Assembly (NCBI GenBank): GCA_022750435.1
Contig: JAKIVS010000010.1
Coordinates: 3,912-67,911, forward strand
From: Thermoplasmata archaeon
GTDB taxonomy: Archaea; Thermoplasmatota; Thermoplasmata; Lutacidiplasmatales; UBA184
Length of the DNA: 64,000 nucleotides
Direction of reading: 5' to 3'
Shown here: positions 54,069 through 62,701 of the stretch, piece by piece
Layout of the letters: every line of letters starts with the position of its first letter
Position numbering within the stretch: the first letter of the stretch is position 1
Position numbers and translations under genes: made by a program
The notes under the pieces: generated by a model
Databases searched by the model: none
What the model saw: only the letters and a program-made list of their open reading frames with translations
Told to the model about the DNA's origin: nothing

Positions 54069-55130
54069 TCAGTGGTGGGGCTTCGGTGCGGGTGGGGGAA
54101 TCCGACCGACCAGCGAGGCGACGAGGGCGAGGAGAATGCCGACCCCGAGCAGGGCGCCGGCCCCGGCGAGCAGCAGCGGTTCGACGATCGCGGTGCTCGG
54201 CGGCGCCACGGACGCGGGCACCGGCACGCCGACATACAGGTAGCCAAACATCCCGGCGGCGAAGTGACCCGGGATCTCGCACAGGTACTGGTAGACTCCG
54301 GCTTGCGGGATGGTGAAGTTCGCCCAGACGACCTGGCCAGGGGTCGTCGGGACGTCGACGCTCGCTGGGGACGGGTGCGCCTGGAAGAACGTCGTGAAGT
54401 TGCCCGGGGTCAGATTCACGTTCGGCAGGCCGACCAGCGACCAGGTGTGGCCGGTCGAGCCGAGGTTCGACACCGCGATGTCGATCGTGACCGGGAAGGT
54501 CGTGGCGTTCGCGCCCAGCGCCGCCGGGACGAACGCGAGTCCGGCGCCCGAGGTCTGTTCGGTGAGCTGGACGCCGGCCCCGGACGCCCCGCCGGTGACG
54601 TTCAAGAAGCCGAACATCCCGGCCTGGAACTGGTAGGCGACGAGGCTGACGAACTCGAAGCTGCTCCCGCTGGCGTTGGCCGGGATCGTGAAGTTGGCCC
54701 ACGCGGAGGTTCCCGGCGCGACCGAGATGTTGGTCCAGGAACCGTTGGCATGGAAGAACGCCGCGAGGGACGTGGGAGACCAGCTCCGGTTCAGAGGGTG
54801 GTTGGCGACCGAGGAGACCGTGAAGGTGTGGGTGAAGTTCCCGGAGTTCGTCAGGTCGACGGCCATCAGGTCGCCGGCCGTCCCGGTCAGGGACGACGGG
54901 TCGAACGCGGGGGCGTCGGTGAGCGTGACGTTCGCCCGGATCGTCGCCGTGCCTCCGCCGGTGGGTCCGCCTCCGGAGGAGAAGGTCCGCGGCGCCGCCG
55001 AAGGCCGTTCGCTCGCGGTACCGACGAGCGCCGCCGCGAGCAGGACCACAAGGCCGAGCGCGGTCAGCGCTTTGGAGAGACGTCTCCAACGCCCGGCGCG
55101 CCCGCTCCGGGGGTATGGAGGGACCGGCAT
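54069..55130 (-). CDS. Two-domain membrane-anchored cupredoxin (one intact and one degenerate type-1 Cu site)
   Basis: Signal peptide; domain 1 is HTFT...FVSLVAYQFQAGM and domain 2 is HTWS...YLCEIPGHFAAGM; C-terminal TM helix. Confidence 0.88.
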   Translation of the reverse strand: MPVPPYPRSGRAGRWRRLSKALTALGLVVLLAAALVGTASERPSAAPRTFSSGGGPTGGGTATIRANVTLTDAPAFDPSSLTGTAGDLMAVDLTNSGNFTHTFTVSSVANHPLNRSWSPTSLAAFFHANGSWTNISVAPGTSAWANFTIPANASGSSFEFVSLVAYQFQAGMFGFLNVTGGASGAGVQLTEQTSGAGLAFVPAALGANATTFPVTIDIAVSNLGSTGHTWSLVGLPNVNLTPGNFTTFFQAHPSPASVDVPTTPGQVVWANFTIPQAGVYQYLCEIPGHFAAGMFGYLYVGVPVPASVAPPSTAIVEPLLLAGAGALLGVGILLALVASLVGRIPPPAPKPHH

Positions 55131-55198
55131 CGATCGAGCCGGTCGTCCGACCGAGGGTCGCTTGATATCCCTAGTGTACGAATCTGGCGGCTCGAGAT

Positions 55199-56044
55199 TC
55201 ACGAGGAGGCGGGCGGAGAGCCGGGGGGTTCGTCGAGTCCGAACCGGCGGATCAGTTGCGTGGTCACTTCGAGGAGCGGATGGTGCGCGGCCCGGTCGAT
55301 CTCGATATCGGCGAGTCCGTTCAGATGGTGCTCGCGGGCGACCCGCTCGAAGCCAGTCTCCTTCGCCGCGAACTCCTGCGGCTGGTCGCAGGTGAGGATG
55401 TACGCCTGGAGCTGGGCGAGCCCCATCTCCTGCGCGGCGAGGGCGCGGTGGTGGCCGTCGACGAGGATCCATTGGTCCCCCTTCTGGACGACGAGGACCG
55501 GCTCGGCGAACCCCCGCTCGAGCTCGTAGCGCCGACCCTCGAGTTCGTCCTCGAACACCTTCCACTGAGTTGGTTTGAGGCGCGCGATCGGGACGAGTCC
55601 CCGTCGCGAGGAGAACGGGAGCTGGTAGCGCTCCGCGAGGAGGCTCTTCAACGTCTCCGCCTTCGCCGGGGACGCCCGCTCGAAATGGGAGCGGACGATG
55701 TCGAGATTGGAGATCACCCCGACGAGGCGTCCCGCCTCGTCCGTGATCGGCAGATCGCGGAGCCCGAACCGAAACATGATGCGGGCGACGTCGTCGAGGG
55801 CCATGTCCGGCGTCGCCGTGTACGTCCCTTCCCGGATGATCTCCTTGAGCGGCGTGCCGCGGTGCTGGGAGTTGCGCAGGAGCTCCTTCGAGCTCACGAA
55901 TCCCACGAGCTTACCGGAGCCGTCGGTCACGGGAAGGCCGTGGTGACGGCTGCGGGTGAGCCGGTCGATTGCCACGCCGACGCTGGTGGTCCCGTCGAGG
56001 TGCTCGACCTCGAGCACCATGTAGTCGCGGACGCGGACCGTCAT
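55199..56044 (-). CDS. CBS-pair + ParB/Sulfiredoxin-domain protein
   Basis: Two CBS repeats (HGLPV.D..GKLVG and RDLPITD..GRLVGVIS..DI), then LKPTQ...EPVLV...LVDGHHR. Confidence 0.9.
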   Translation of the reverse strand: MTVRVRDYMVLEVEHLDGTTSVGVAIDRLTRSRHHGLPVTDGSGKLVGFVSSKELLRNSQHRGTPLKEIIREGTYTATPDMALDDVARIMFRFGLRDLPITDEAGRLVGVISNLDIVRSHFERASPAKAETLKSLLAERYQLPFSSRRGLVPIARLKPTQWKVFEDELEGRRYELERGFAEPVLVVQKGDQWILVDGHHRALAAQEMGLAQLQAYILTCDQPQEFAAKETGFERVAREHHLNGLADIEIDRAAHHPLLEVTTQLIRRFGLDEPPGSPPASS

Positions 56045-56631
56045 CGCTCCGGCGGCGCCGGCGCTTCGTCGCGCAGGTACGCGGTGAGGACGTGGCAGAC
56101 GAGCAGGTGGACGTCCTCGACGTGTTGCATGGAATTCGACGGGACGACCACGGGAATCTCCACGGCGCCCTTCAGCTTCCCGCCGCCGATCCCGGTGAGG
56201 CCGACGGTGCGGAGCCCCATCCGCTGCGCGACGTGCATCGCCTCGAGCACGTTCGGCGAGTTGCCGCTTCCCGAGATGCCGAACGCCACGTCGCCGGCGC
56301 GCGCGAGCGTCGCGAGTTGCTCGCTGAACACCTTTGCGTACTCGGCGTCGTTCGCCCACGCGGTGAGCGTCTCGACGTTATCGACCAGGGCGGCGCACTT
56401 GAACCGACGGCTGTCGCCGCGGATCGTCGCCTTGCCGATGTCCGCGACGAAGTGCGAAGCCGTGGACGCGCTCCCGCCGTTGCCGAAGAAGTAGATGGTC
56501 CGGTCCGCTTCGCGGGCCGTCAAGAGGACCGGGACGATCTGTTCGATTGCCTTCGCGAGATACGGGTCGGACAACGCGGCGTGGGTCTCCTCCACGTAGC
56601 GGCGCACGTACGGGCCGATTTCCATCGTCAT
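56041..56631 (-). CDS. gmhA: D-sedoheptulose-7-phosphate isomerase
   Basis: Motifs FGNGGSASTASHF, AWAND..Y..VFSEQ, ISGSGNSPNV, GGKL and VEDVH...CH. Confidence 0.92.
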   Translation of the reverse strand: MTMEIGPYVRRYVEETHAALSDPYLAKAIEQIVPVLLTAREADRTIYFFGNGGSASTASHFVADIGKATIRGDSRRFKCAALVDNVETLTAWANDAEYAKVFSEQLATLARAGDVAFGISGSGNSPNVLEAMHVAQRMGLRTVGLTGIGGGKLKGAVEIPVVVPSNSMQHVEDVHLLVCHVLTAYLRDEAPAPPER

Positions 56632-56635
56632 CGTG

Positions 56636-57613
56636 TCACCGGCCGACGAACAGGATGCGCGAACCCTCGGGGGTGATCCGTACCGGGAGCCGCCGCATCG
56701 GCGACAAAGCGCTCGCTATTTGAGACTGGCGTTCCGGCGGGTGCACGACGAGGAGAAACCCCCCTCCGCCGGCGCCGGTGATCTTCCCGCCCCACGCCCC
56801 GGCCGCCTTCGCCCGGTCGTAGGCCCCGTCGATTTGCTCGTTCGAGATCCCGGTCGCGAGAGTGCGTTTCCGCTGCCATCCTTCGTCGAGCAGAGCGCCT
56901 ACGGCGGCCCAATCCCGGCGGAGGAACGCGTCGCGCGTCTGGTCGGCGAGTCCGACCATCGCCCGCAGCGCCTCGACGTTCTGGCTGGTGCGGGCGTCTT
57001 GCCCCTTCAGGACACCCTCGGCCCGACGCGTGAGCCCGGTGTAGAACAGCGAGAGGTGCTCGGAGAACCGGTCGCGCTCGGTTGTGGTGAGCGGGATGGG
57101 CGTCGTGCGGACTGTGTCATCGGTGTGGAACTGGAAGTGGCGCAATCCCCCAAACGCGGCGATGTACTGGTCCTGCTTCCCGAGCGTGCCGCCGAGATCT
57201 TCGATTTCGATCTGGCACGCCTCCTCGGCGAGCTCCGCGGGATCCTTCAGCACGCCCCGGTGGGCGTAGAGGGCGTTGAGGAGGCCCACGGTGAGCGAGG
57301 AGGACGAACCGAGGCCGGTCCCCTCACCCGGGATGTCGGCAATCGTGTGGACTTCGAGGGAGTCGGTGACGCCGGTGCGACGCATCGCCTCGCGCACGAG
57401 GCCGTGCTGGAGCTCCTCGAGCCGGTCGACGTTCTCCGTCCGGGAGTACGCGATCCGGATCGACTGGTCGAACTTGTCGTTCACCAGGACGTGCACGTAC
57501 CGGTCGATGGCGGCGCTCGTCACCGCGCCGCCGCCGTGATGGCGGTAGAACGACGGGAGGTCCGTGCCCCCGCCGGCGAAGGAGATGCGAAGCGGGGTGC
57601 GGGTGATGATCAT
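56636..57613 (-). CDS. hddA: D-glycero-alpha-D-manno-heptose-7-phosphate kinase (GHMP family)
   Basis: Motifs TPLRISFAGGGTD, GTGLGSSS, GKQDQY and GGKITGAGGGGF, adjacent to gmhA. Confidence 0.88.
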   Translation of the reverse strand: MIITRTPLRISFAGGGTDLPSFYRHHGGGAVTSAAIDRYVHVLVNDKFDQSIRIAYSRTENVDRLEELQHGLVREAMRRTGVTDSLEVHTIADIPGEGTGLGSSSSLTVGLLNALYAHRGVLKDPAELAEEACQIEIEDLGGTLGKQDQYIAAFGGLRHFQFHTDDTVRTTPIPLTTTERDRFSEHLSLFYTGLTRRAEGVLKGQDARTSQNVEALRAMVGLADQTRDAFLRRDWAAVGALLDEGWQRKRTLATGISNEQIDGAYDRAKAAGAWGGKITGAGGGGFLLVVHPPERQSQIASALSPMRRLPVRITPEGSRILFVGR

Positions 57614-57644
57614 CGCTCGGTGTCCCGGGGGAGCGACGGAGCCT

Positions 57645-59654
57645 TTACGCCTTTCCCGACGCCGCCGGGGCGACCCGGTTCCAGCGCGCCCGCCGGCCGT
57701 AGAACGCCCGCGCGGTCGCGCCGAGGTCCCCGACCGGGGCCAATCCGGGCAACGCGGCGGCGAACGAGGCAGCGCGGCGGTCGAGGATCACGCCGATCCC
57801 CCGGTCGTTCTCCGAGCGGATCATCCGGCCGAGCGCCTGGAGGATCGCTCGCTGGGCCGGCGCCTCGACGGCGTACTCCCACCCGTGGCCGACGGTCGAA
57901 TCCAGGTAGGCGCGGAGCGCCTCGCGCTTCGCGCTCGGGCGCGGATACGGGATCCCGACGACGACCACGGCCTCGAGCTCATCGTCCGGGAAGTCCACCC
58001 CCTCCGCGATCCGGCCCCCGGTGACGCCCAGCAGGACGCCCCCGCCGGGCTCCTTCTTGAATCCCTCGATCGAGCGCCACAAGTCGCCCATCGGGAGACG
58101 GCGGCTCTCGATGACGGCGGTCGGGGGCAGGGCCCCCGCGAGGCCGGCCGCGAGGACGCGTTCCATCAGGTCGAAGCTCGGGAAGAACACCGCCGTCTTG
58201 ACGGGCAGATTCAGCAGGACCTCCGCGAGCCGGTCCGCGATGTCGCCGATCGCGCCGGGGTCGGCGCGGAGTTCCTCGTAGCGGGTGGAGACGTTCGGGT
58301 CGAAGAAGACCAGCCGGTTCTCCGGAGGGAAGAACGACGGGACCGTCAGGAGCTTCGTCTCCTCGCCGAGGCCGAGGGAGTCCCGGTACTCCTCCAGGGG
58401 CGCGAGGGTGCCGGACAGATGGACCGAGAGGTGGCAGGACCGGATCGGCTCGGCGGGGCCCCGCGCATCGAGCGCATAGGCCTCGAGGGCCCGGCGGGGC
58501 TGGCGCGCCGCGACTTTCACGTATTCCGGAGCCGAGAGCTGGGGCCAGGAGAGCAGAGAGAGGCCGACGGCGTGGACCCACGACCGCGGGAGGCGGCGTT
58601 GCCGGCGGCGTTCGTCCCGGAGCGTCTCGCCCCAGGAGACCAGGGCCCCCAGCCATGTGTCGAGCCGGTGGGACGTCCCGCCAATCTCGGAGAGGAGCGC
58701 GTCCTCGAGCGCGTTCGGTGGGAGGATGGTGTCGTCGTCGGGTCCGCACCGTTCGACCAGGAGCTCGATCGACTGGCTGACGATCTCGAGAAATCGACTC
58801 GCGCTCGGTCCGTCGGGGAGGGCAAAGTCCCCCCGCTCGGCGACCTCCGCGCGGGCGCGCCGGACCGACTCTTGCGGAAGGGAGACGGTGGAGAGGTCGC
58901 GGAGGTGGTCCGTGAGGTGGTGGGCCTCGTCCACGACGAGGTCGACCCGGTCGGGGCCGCCGCCCATCCAATCGAGCAGGGAGCGACGGATGTGCGGGTG
59001 GAAGAAGAACGGGTACGGCGCCGTGACGAGACGCGCCCGCCCGGAGAGTTTCTTCGCGAGCTCGTACGGGCAGAGGTTCTCCTCCCGGCTGTACGACTCG
59101 AACTCGCCCGGCGACGGAAGTTTCTGCCCGAACTTGTCGGCGAGCTCCTCGATGTCCGTCTGGAGGACCCGAGCATAGTACGCGCACCCGTCGAGGTCGG
59201 TGAGGTCGACCGGCCCCTCCTCGGGAAGCTCGGTCGACGGCTCGATCGCCCCGCCCTCGGCGAACGACCGTTCCGTCGCCCGCTTTCGGTCGGCGCACAG
59301 CTTCCCGTGCTCCTCGGCGGTCGCCCCCTTCATCTCGGGGACCCCTTCCAACAGGAAACACCGGCGCTGGCGGCCCTGGAGGCCCATCGCGAGGATGGGA
59401 TGGTCGAGGCGGTGGGAGATCGCCCGGACCTCGGCGAGGACCTGGACCTCCTGGGCATGGGTTCGGACGAGGTAGAGGATCCGATGGTCGGCTGCTTCGG
59501 CGTGCTCGATCAGCGGCGCGAGCGCCGCGACCGTCTTTCCGCTCCCCGTCGGGGCGTCGACAAGCAGCGCGCCGCCCCGTCGGGTCAACTCCTGGACGGC
59601 GCCGACGATCCGTTCCTGGCCCGGACGGGGTCGGTACGGGAAGAGGGAGGCCAG
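57645..59654 (-). CDS. xpd: XPD/Rad3 Fe-S DNA helicase
   Basis: Q-motif FPYRPRPGQ, APTGSGKT, four Fe-S Cys, DEAH, SGTL, EGVDF and QALGRMIRS. The start is uncertain: CTG at 59654 is proposed because the first canonical start (TTG 59588) lies after the Q-motif. Confidence 0.92.
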   Translation of the reverse strand: MASLFPYRPRPGQERIVGAVQELTRRGGALLVDAPTGSGKTVAALAPLIEHAEAADHRILYLVRTHAQEVQVLAEVRAISHRLDHPILAMGLQGRQRRCFLLEGVPEMKGATAEEHGKLCADRKRATERSFAEGGAIEPSTELPEEGPVDLTDLDGCAYYARVLQTDIEELADKFGQKLPSPGEFESYSREENLCPYELAKKLSGRARLVTAPYPFFFHPHIRRSLLDWMGGGPDRVDLVVDEAHHLTDHLRDLSTVSLPQESVRRARAEVAERGDFALPDGPSASRFLEIVSQSIELLVERCGPDDDTILPPNALEDALLSEIGGTSHRLDTWLGALVSWGETLRDERRRQRRLPRSWVHAVGLSLLSWPQLSAPEYVKVAARQPRRALEAYALDARGPAEPIRSCHLSVHLSGTLAPLEEYRDSLGLGEETKLLTVPSFFPPENRLVFFDPNVSTRYEELRADPGAIGDIADRLAEVLLNLPVKTAVFFPSFDLMERVLAAGLAGALPPTAVIESRRLPMGDLWRSIEGFKKEPGGGVLLGVTGGRIAEGVDFPDDELEAVVVVGIPYPRPSAKREALRAYLDSTVGHGWEYAVEAPAQRAILQALGRMIRSENDRGIGVILDRRAASFAAALPGLAPVGDLGATARAFYGRRARWNRVAPAASGKA

Positions 59655-59771
59655 TTCCTGCGCGGTCCCCGACGTCGGCGTACGGTACCCTCGGACGCTC
59701 GGAGCGGGAAATCGTGGCTTGAAGCTGCGCCTCGACCCGAACGGCGGTTCCGCCGAGGGTCGTCCGACGGC

Positions 59772-60095
59772 TCAGCCGTAGGCGTAGCGGACGCCGTACG
59801 GGCCCCTCGGCATCGTCCACGTCACGGAGCCCTGGTCGCAGGCGATGTCGCACGCGCCGCATTCCACGCAGTCTTCGTACCGGAAGACGAGGCGTCCCTC
59901 GATCCGTTCGTAGCACTGCGCGGGGCAGACGTTGGTGCAGAACGAGTGGGGGCACTTCGCGCAGATGGGGGGCTTTACCGTGATGTGCGCATGGTCGGCC
60001 GAGTCGGTCTGGTACCGAAGGGTGGCGAGCCGCCGCTTGATCTCGACGTAGGCGACCGGCACGCCGTGGTCGGCGGGGGCGTCGTCGGCTGCCAT
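59772..60095 (-). CDS. FixX-like 4Fe-4S ferredoxin
   Basis: HI...CAKC....CTNVCPAQCY, CVECGACDIAC and W..PRG..GV.Y..G. Confidence 0.9.
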   Translation of the reverse strand: MAADDAPADHGVPVAYVEIKRRLATLRYQTDSADHAHITVKPPICAKCPHSFCTNVCPAQCYERIEGRLVFRYEDCVECGACDIACDQGSVTWTMPRGPYGVRYAYG

Positions 60096-60145
60096 CGGTG
60101 GGGAATGCCCGCGCGGGGGTATGAACGGTTCGGCGGGTCAGGTGC

Positions 60146-61099
60146 CTACGCCGGCGGCGTCGCGACCGGCGGGAGCGCCGCGAGGTCGGCCCGGACGGCC
60201 GCCGCACTCGCCTCGAAGGCGGCGCGCTCTTCGCTGGTGAGGGAGACCTCGACGACCTTCTCGACCCCGGCCCGGCCGAGGACGACCGGAACGCCGAGGC
60301 AGAGGTCGCGCATCCCGTATTCGCCGGAGAGGTGCGCCGTCACCCCCAGAAGTCGGTGTTCGTTCGCGACGACCGCGCGGACGAGTTCGGCCTGGGCGGC
60401 CGACGGGGCGTAGTAGGCGCTTCCCATCTTCAGGAGGTTCACGATCTCGCCGCCGCCGGACTTGGTGCGGGCGACGATGGCGTCGAGCTGCTCCTTCGGC
60501 AACAGCTTGCTGAGCGGAACCCCCGAGACGCTCGTATGGGAGAGCACCGGGACCATGGTATCGCCGTGCGTGCCGAGCACGAACCCGACGACATCCCGGG
60601 GGGCAACGTGGAGCGCCTCGGCCACGAACCAGCGGAACCGAGCGGTATCGAGCGTGCCCGACTCGCCGAATACGCGCGCGGGCGGGAGTCCCGAGACCTG
60701 CCGGAACCAGAACGTCATCACGTCGACGGGGTTGGTGACGATGATCACCGTCGCGTTGGGGGCCCTCGCCCGCACGGCGAGCGCGTGGTCGCGGAGGATC
60801 TCCGCGTTCTTCATCGTCAGGTCGGAGCGGCTCATGCCGGGCTTCCGGGCGAGACCGGCCGTCTCGACGACAATCTCCGCTCCCGCGAGGGCCTCGAGGG
60901 AGGTGGACCCCGAGACGCGAGTGGAGAACCCGAGGATCGGCGACGACTCCTGGATATCGAGGGCCTTTCCTTGCGGGAGTCCGTCAACGATGTCGATCAG
61001 GACGAGTTCGTCGGCGACGTCCATCTCCGCGAGCCTCTGCGCGAGTGTTCCGCCGACGTTCCCCGCGCCCAGCACTGCGATCTTCCGCGTCCCCGACAT
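60146..61099 (-). CDS. mdh: Malate dehydrogenase (LDH-like)
   Basis: Motifs GAGNVG, GKALD, TAGLARKPGMSRSDL, VTNPVD, LDTARF, GTHGD and GSAYYAP. Confidence 0.96.
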   Translation of the reverse strand: MSGTRKIAVLGAGNVGGTLAQRLAEMDVADELVLIDIVDGLPQGKALDIQESSPILGFSTRVSGSTSLEALAGAEIVVETAGLARKPGMSRSDLTMKNAEILRDHALAVRARAPNATVIIVTNPVDVMTFWFRQVSGLPPARVFGESGTLDTARFRWFVAEALHVAPRDVVGFVLGTHGDTMVPVLSHTSVSGVPLSKLLPKEQLDAIVARTKSGGGEIVNLLKMGSAYYAPSAAQAELVRAVVANEHRLLGVTAHLSGEYGMRDLCLGVPVVLGRAGVEKVVEVSLTSEERAAFEASAAAVRADLAALPPVATPPA

Positions 61100-61256
61100 G
61101 CGCTTCTCCGTTCCCGGACCCGCCGAGGCGCCTCGGGTCATTAGACTGCCGGGGGCGCGGCCGCCGCCGTCGGGGGCGCCTGCCCTCCGACCGCCCAGCC
61201 CTCGGACCCCGAGCGAAACCTTCATTCCCGAGTTCCTGACTTCGCCCTTTCGACCG

Positions 61257-61511
61257 ATGGACGTCGACACGGTCCTGCAGAGCGTCCAGGAGCGGGACAA
61301 GTGGCGAGGGCGGCTCGCCGTCCTCCAGTCCTCGCTGCGCGAGATCCGCGAGCGCGAGGCGCATCTCCAGCAACGGCTGCGGCGGATCAAGCGGGAACTC
61401 GCGAAGCTCTCCGCCGTCTCCGACGCCATCCTCGACCAGGCCAGCCGACAGTACACCGGAGGAACGGGACGTGGTCGCTCGGCGGCGGACCCCCAGCACC
61501 CTGCATCATAG
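61257..61511 (+). CDS. Small coiled-coil hypothetical protein
   Basis: MDVDTVLQSVQERDKWRGRL..LQ..L..I......LQQRL..IK.EL shows heptad periodicity. Confidence 0.75.
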   Translation: MDVDTVLQSVQERDKWRGRLAVLQSSLREIREREAHLQQRLRRIKRELAKLSAVSDAILDQASRQYTGGTGRGRSAADPQHPAS

Positions 61512-61707
61512 GCTCGAGGGCCTCCTCACCGCCTTGGCCGAGACCGAGGCGGAGTCGGCGCGACTCCGGAGCGAGGCGGAGTACCTGGTCGGTCAGGTCC
61601 GCCAGGCGCAGGAGCAGGTGCGCCACTACGAGGGCCTTCTCTCCGAGCTCCGCCGGGACTGGGGCCGCGCGCCCCGGCTGACCGAACTCGTCCGTCGCTT
61701 GGGCTGA
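61471..61707 (+). CDS. Small coiled-coil hypothetical protein
   Basis: LEGLLTALAETEAESARLRSEAEYLVGQVRQAQEQVRHYEGLL. It overlaps the previous gene. Confidence 0.7.
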   Translation: MVARRRTPSTLHHRLEGLLTALAETEAESARLRSEAEYLVGQVRQAQEQVRHYEGLLSELRRDWGRAPRLTELVRRLG

Positions 61708-61717
61708 CGGCGAGACC

Positions 61718-62653
61718 GTGCGGATCGTGGTCTTCGGCGCCGGCGCCGTCGGCAGCCGCTTTGCGGCCGCCTTGGCGCGCGCCGGGTCCGACGTGACCAT
61801 CGTGGCCCGACCCGAGCACGTCGCTTCCGTCACGGCGGAGGGCCTCCAGGTGGATGGGGATTCGAGACCCCCGGCGCGCCTCCCCGCCGTCGACCGGCTG
61901 CCGAAAGGAACTTCGACCGAGCTCGTCCTCCTCACGGTCAAGAGCTACGACGTCGAGACCGCCGGAACGGCCATCGCCGTCGCACTCGACCGTCCGTCCC
62001 CGGTTCTCGCCCTCTCGAACGGGCTCGGGATCGAGGAGCGCCTCGCCTCCGGGCTCACCCAGGGCGGCTGGACGGCTCCGGAGGCGTGGGTCCTCCGTGG
62101 CGTCCACACGATCCCGGCCCGGATGGTACGTCCCGGAGTCGTCGCCGAGACGGGGCGGGGGGAGATGGTCCTCGGCCGGAATCCGGCGTTGGACGGATGG
62201 TCGGAGCGCCTCCAGACGCTGTTCGAGACCGCCGGATTCCCAACGCGGGTCAGCGACGACATCCGGCGGGAGACGTGGAAGAAGGCGCTCGTCAACGCCG
62301 CCATCAATCCGGTCACGGCCGACCATGGCATCCCGAACGGGAGGCTCGTCGAGGAACCGTGGCGCGGGCAGGCCCTCGCCCTCCTCCGGGAGGGGGTGCT
62401 CGCGGCCGCCTCGGCGGGATACCCGTTCGACCTCGCCGACGCCGAACGCTCCGTGTTCGGAGTGGCGCGGGCGACCGCCCAGAACCGCTCGAGCATGCTG
62501 GAGGACCTCGACCGCCACCGGCGGACCGAGATCGACGCGATCTCGGGCGTGCTCCTTTCGACCGGCCGCTCCCACGGGGTCGCGATGCCGGCGACCGTTC
62601 GCGCCATCGAGCGGATCCACACGCGCGAGCGGGAGCGGGGCGCCGAGCCTTAG
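61718..62653 (+). CDS. panE: 2-dehydropantoate 2-reductase (ketopantoate reductase)
   Basis: Motifs GAGAVG, VKSYD, NGLG.EE, WKKALVNAAINP, NRSSML.D and TEIDAISG. Confidence 0.93.
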   Translation: MRIVVFGAGAVGSRFAAALARAGSDVTIVARPEHVASVTAEGLQVDGDSRPPARLPAVDRLPKGTSTELVLLTVKSYDVETAGTAIAVALDRPSPVLALSNGLGIEERLASGLTQGGWTAPEAWVLRGVHTIPARMVRPGVVAETGRGEMVLGRNPALDGWSERLQTLFETAGFPTRVSDDIRRETWKKALVNAAINPVTADHGIPNGRLVEEPWRGQALALLREGVLAAASAGYPFDLADAERSVFGVARATAQNRSSMLEDLDRHRRTEIDAISGVLLSTGRSHGVAMPATVRAIERIHTRERERGAEP

Positions 62654-62701
62654 GCGACTCCGCGCGGAACGTCTTTAGCCGTCGTCCCGTCGGGGGTCCC
62701 G

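Noticed and set aside
55199-56044. ParB-domain gene as a plasmid or chromosome partition system
   Set aside because: There is no adjacent parA and no HTH domain. The CBS-ParB/Srx fusion is a known archaeal architecture.
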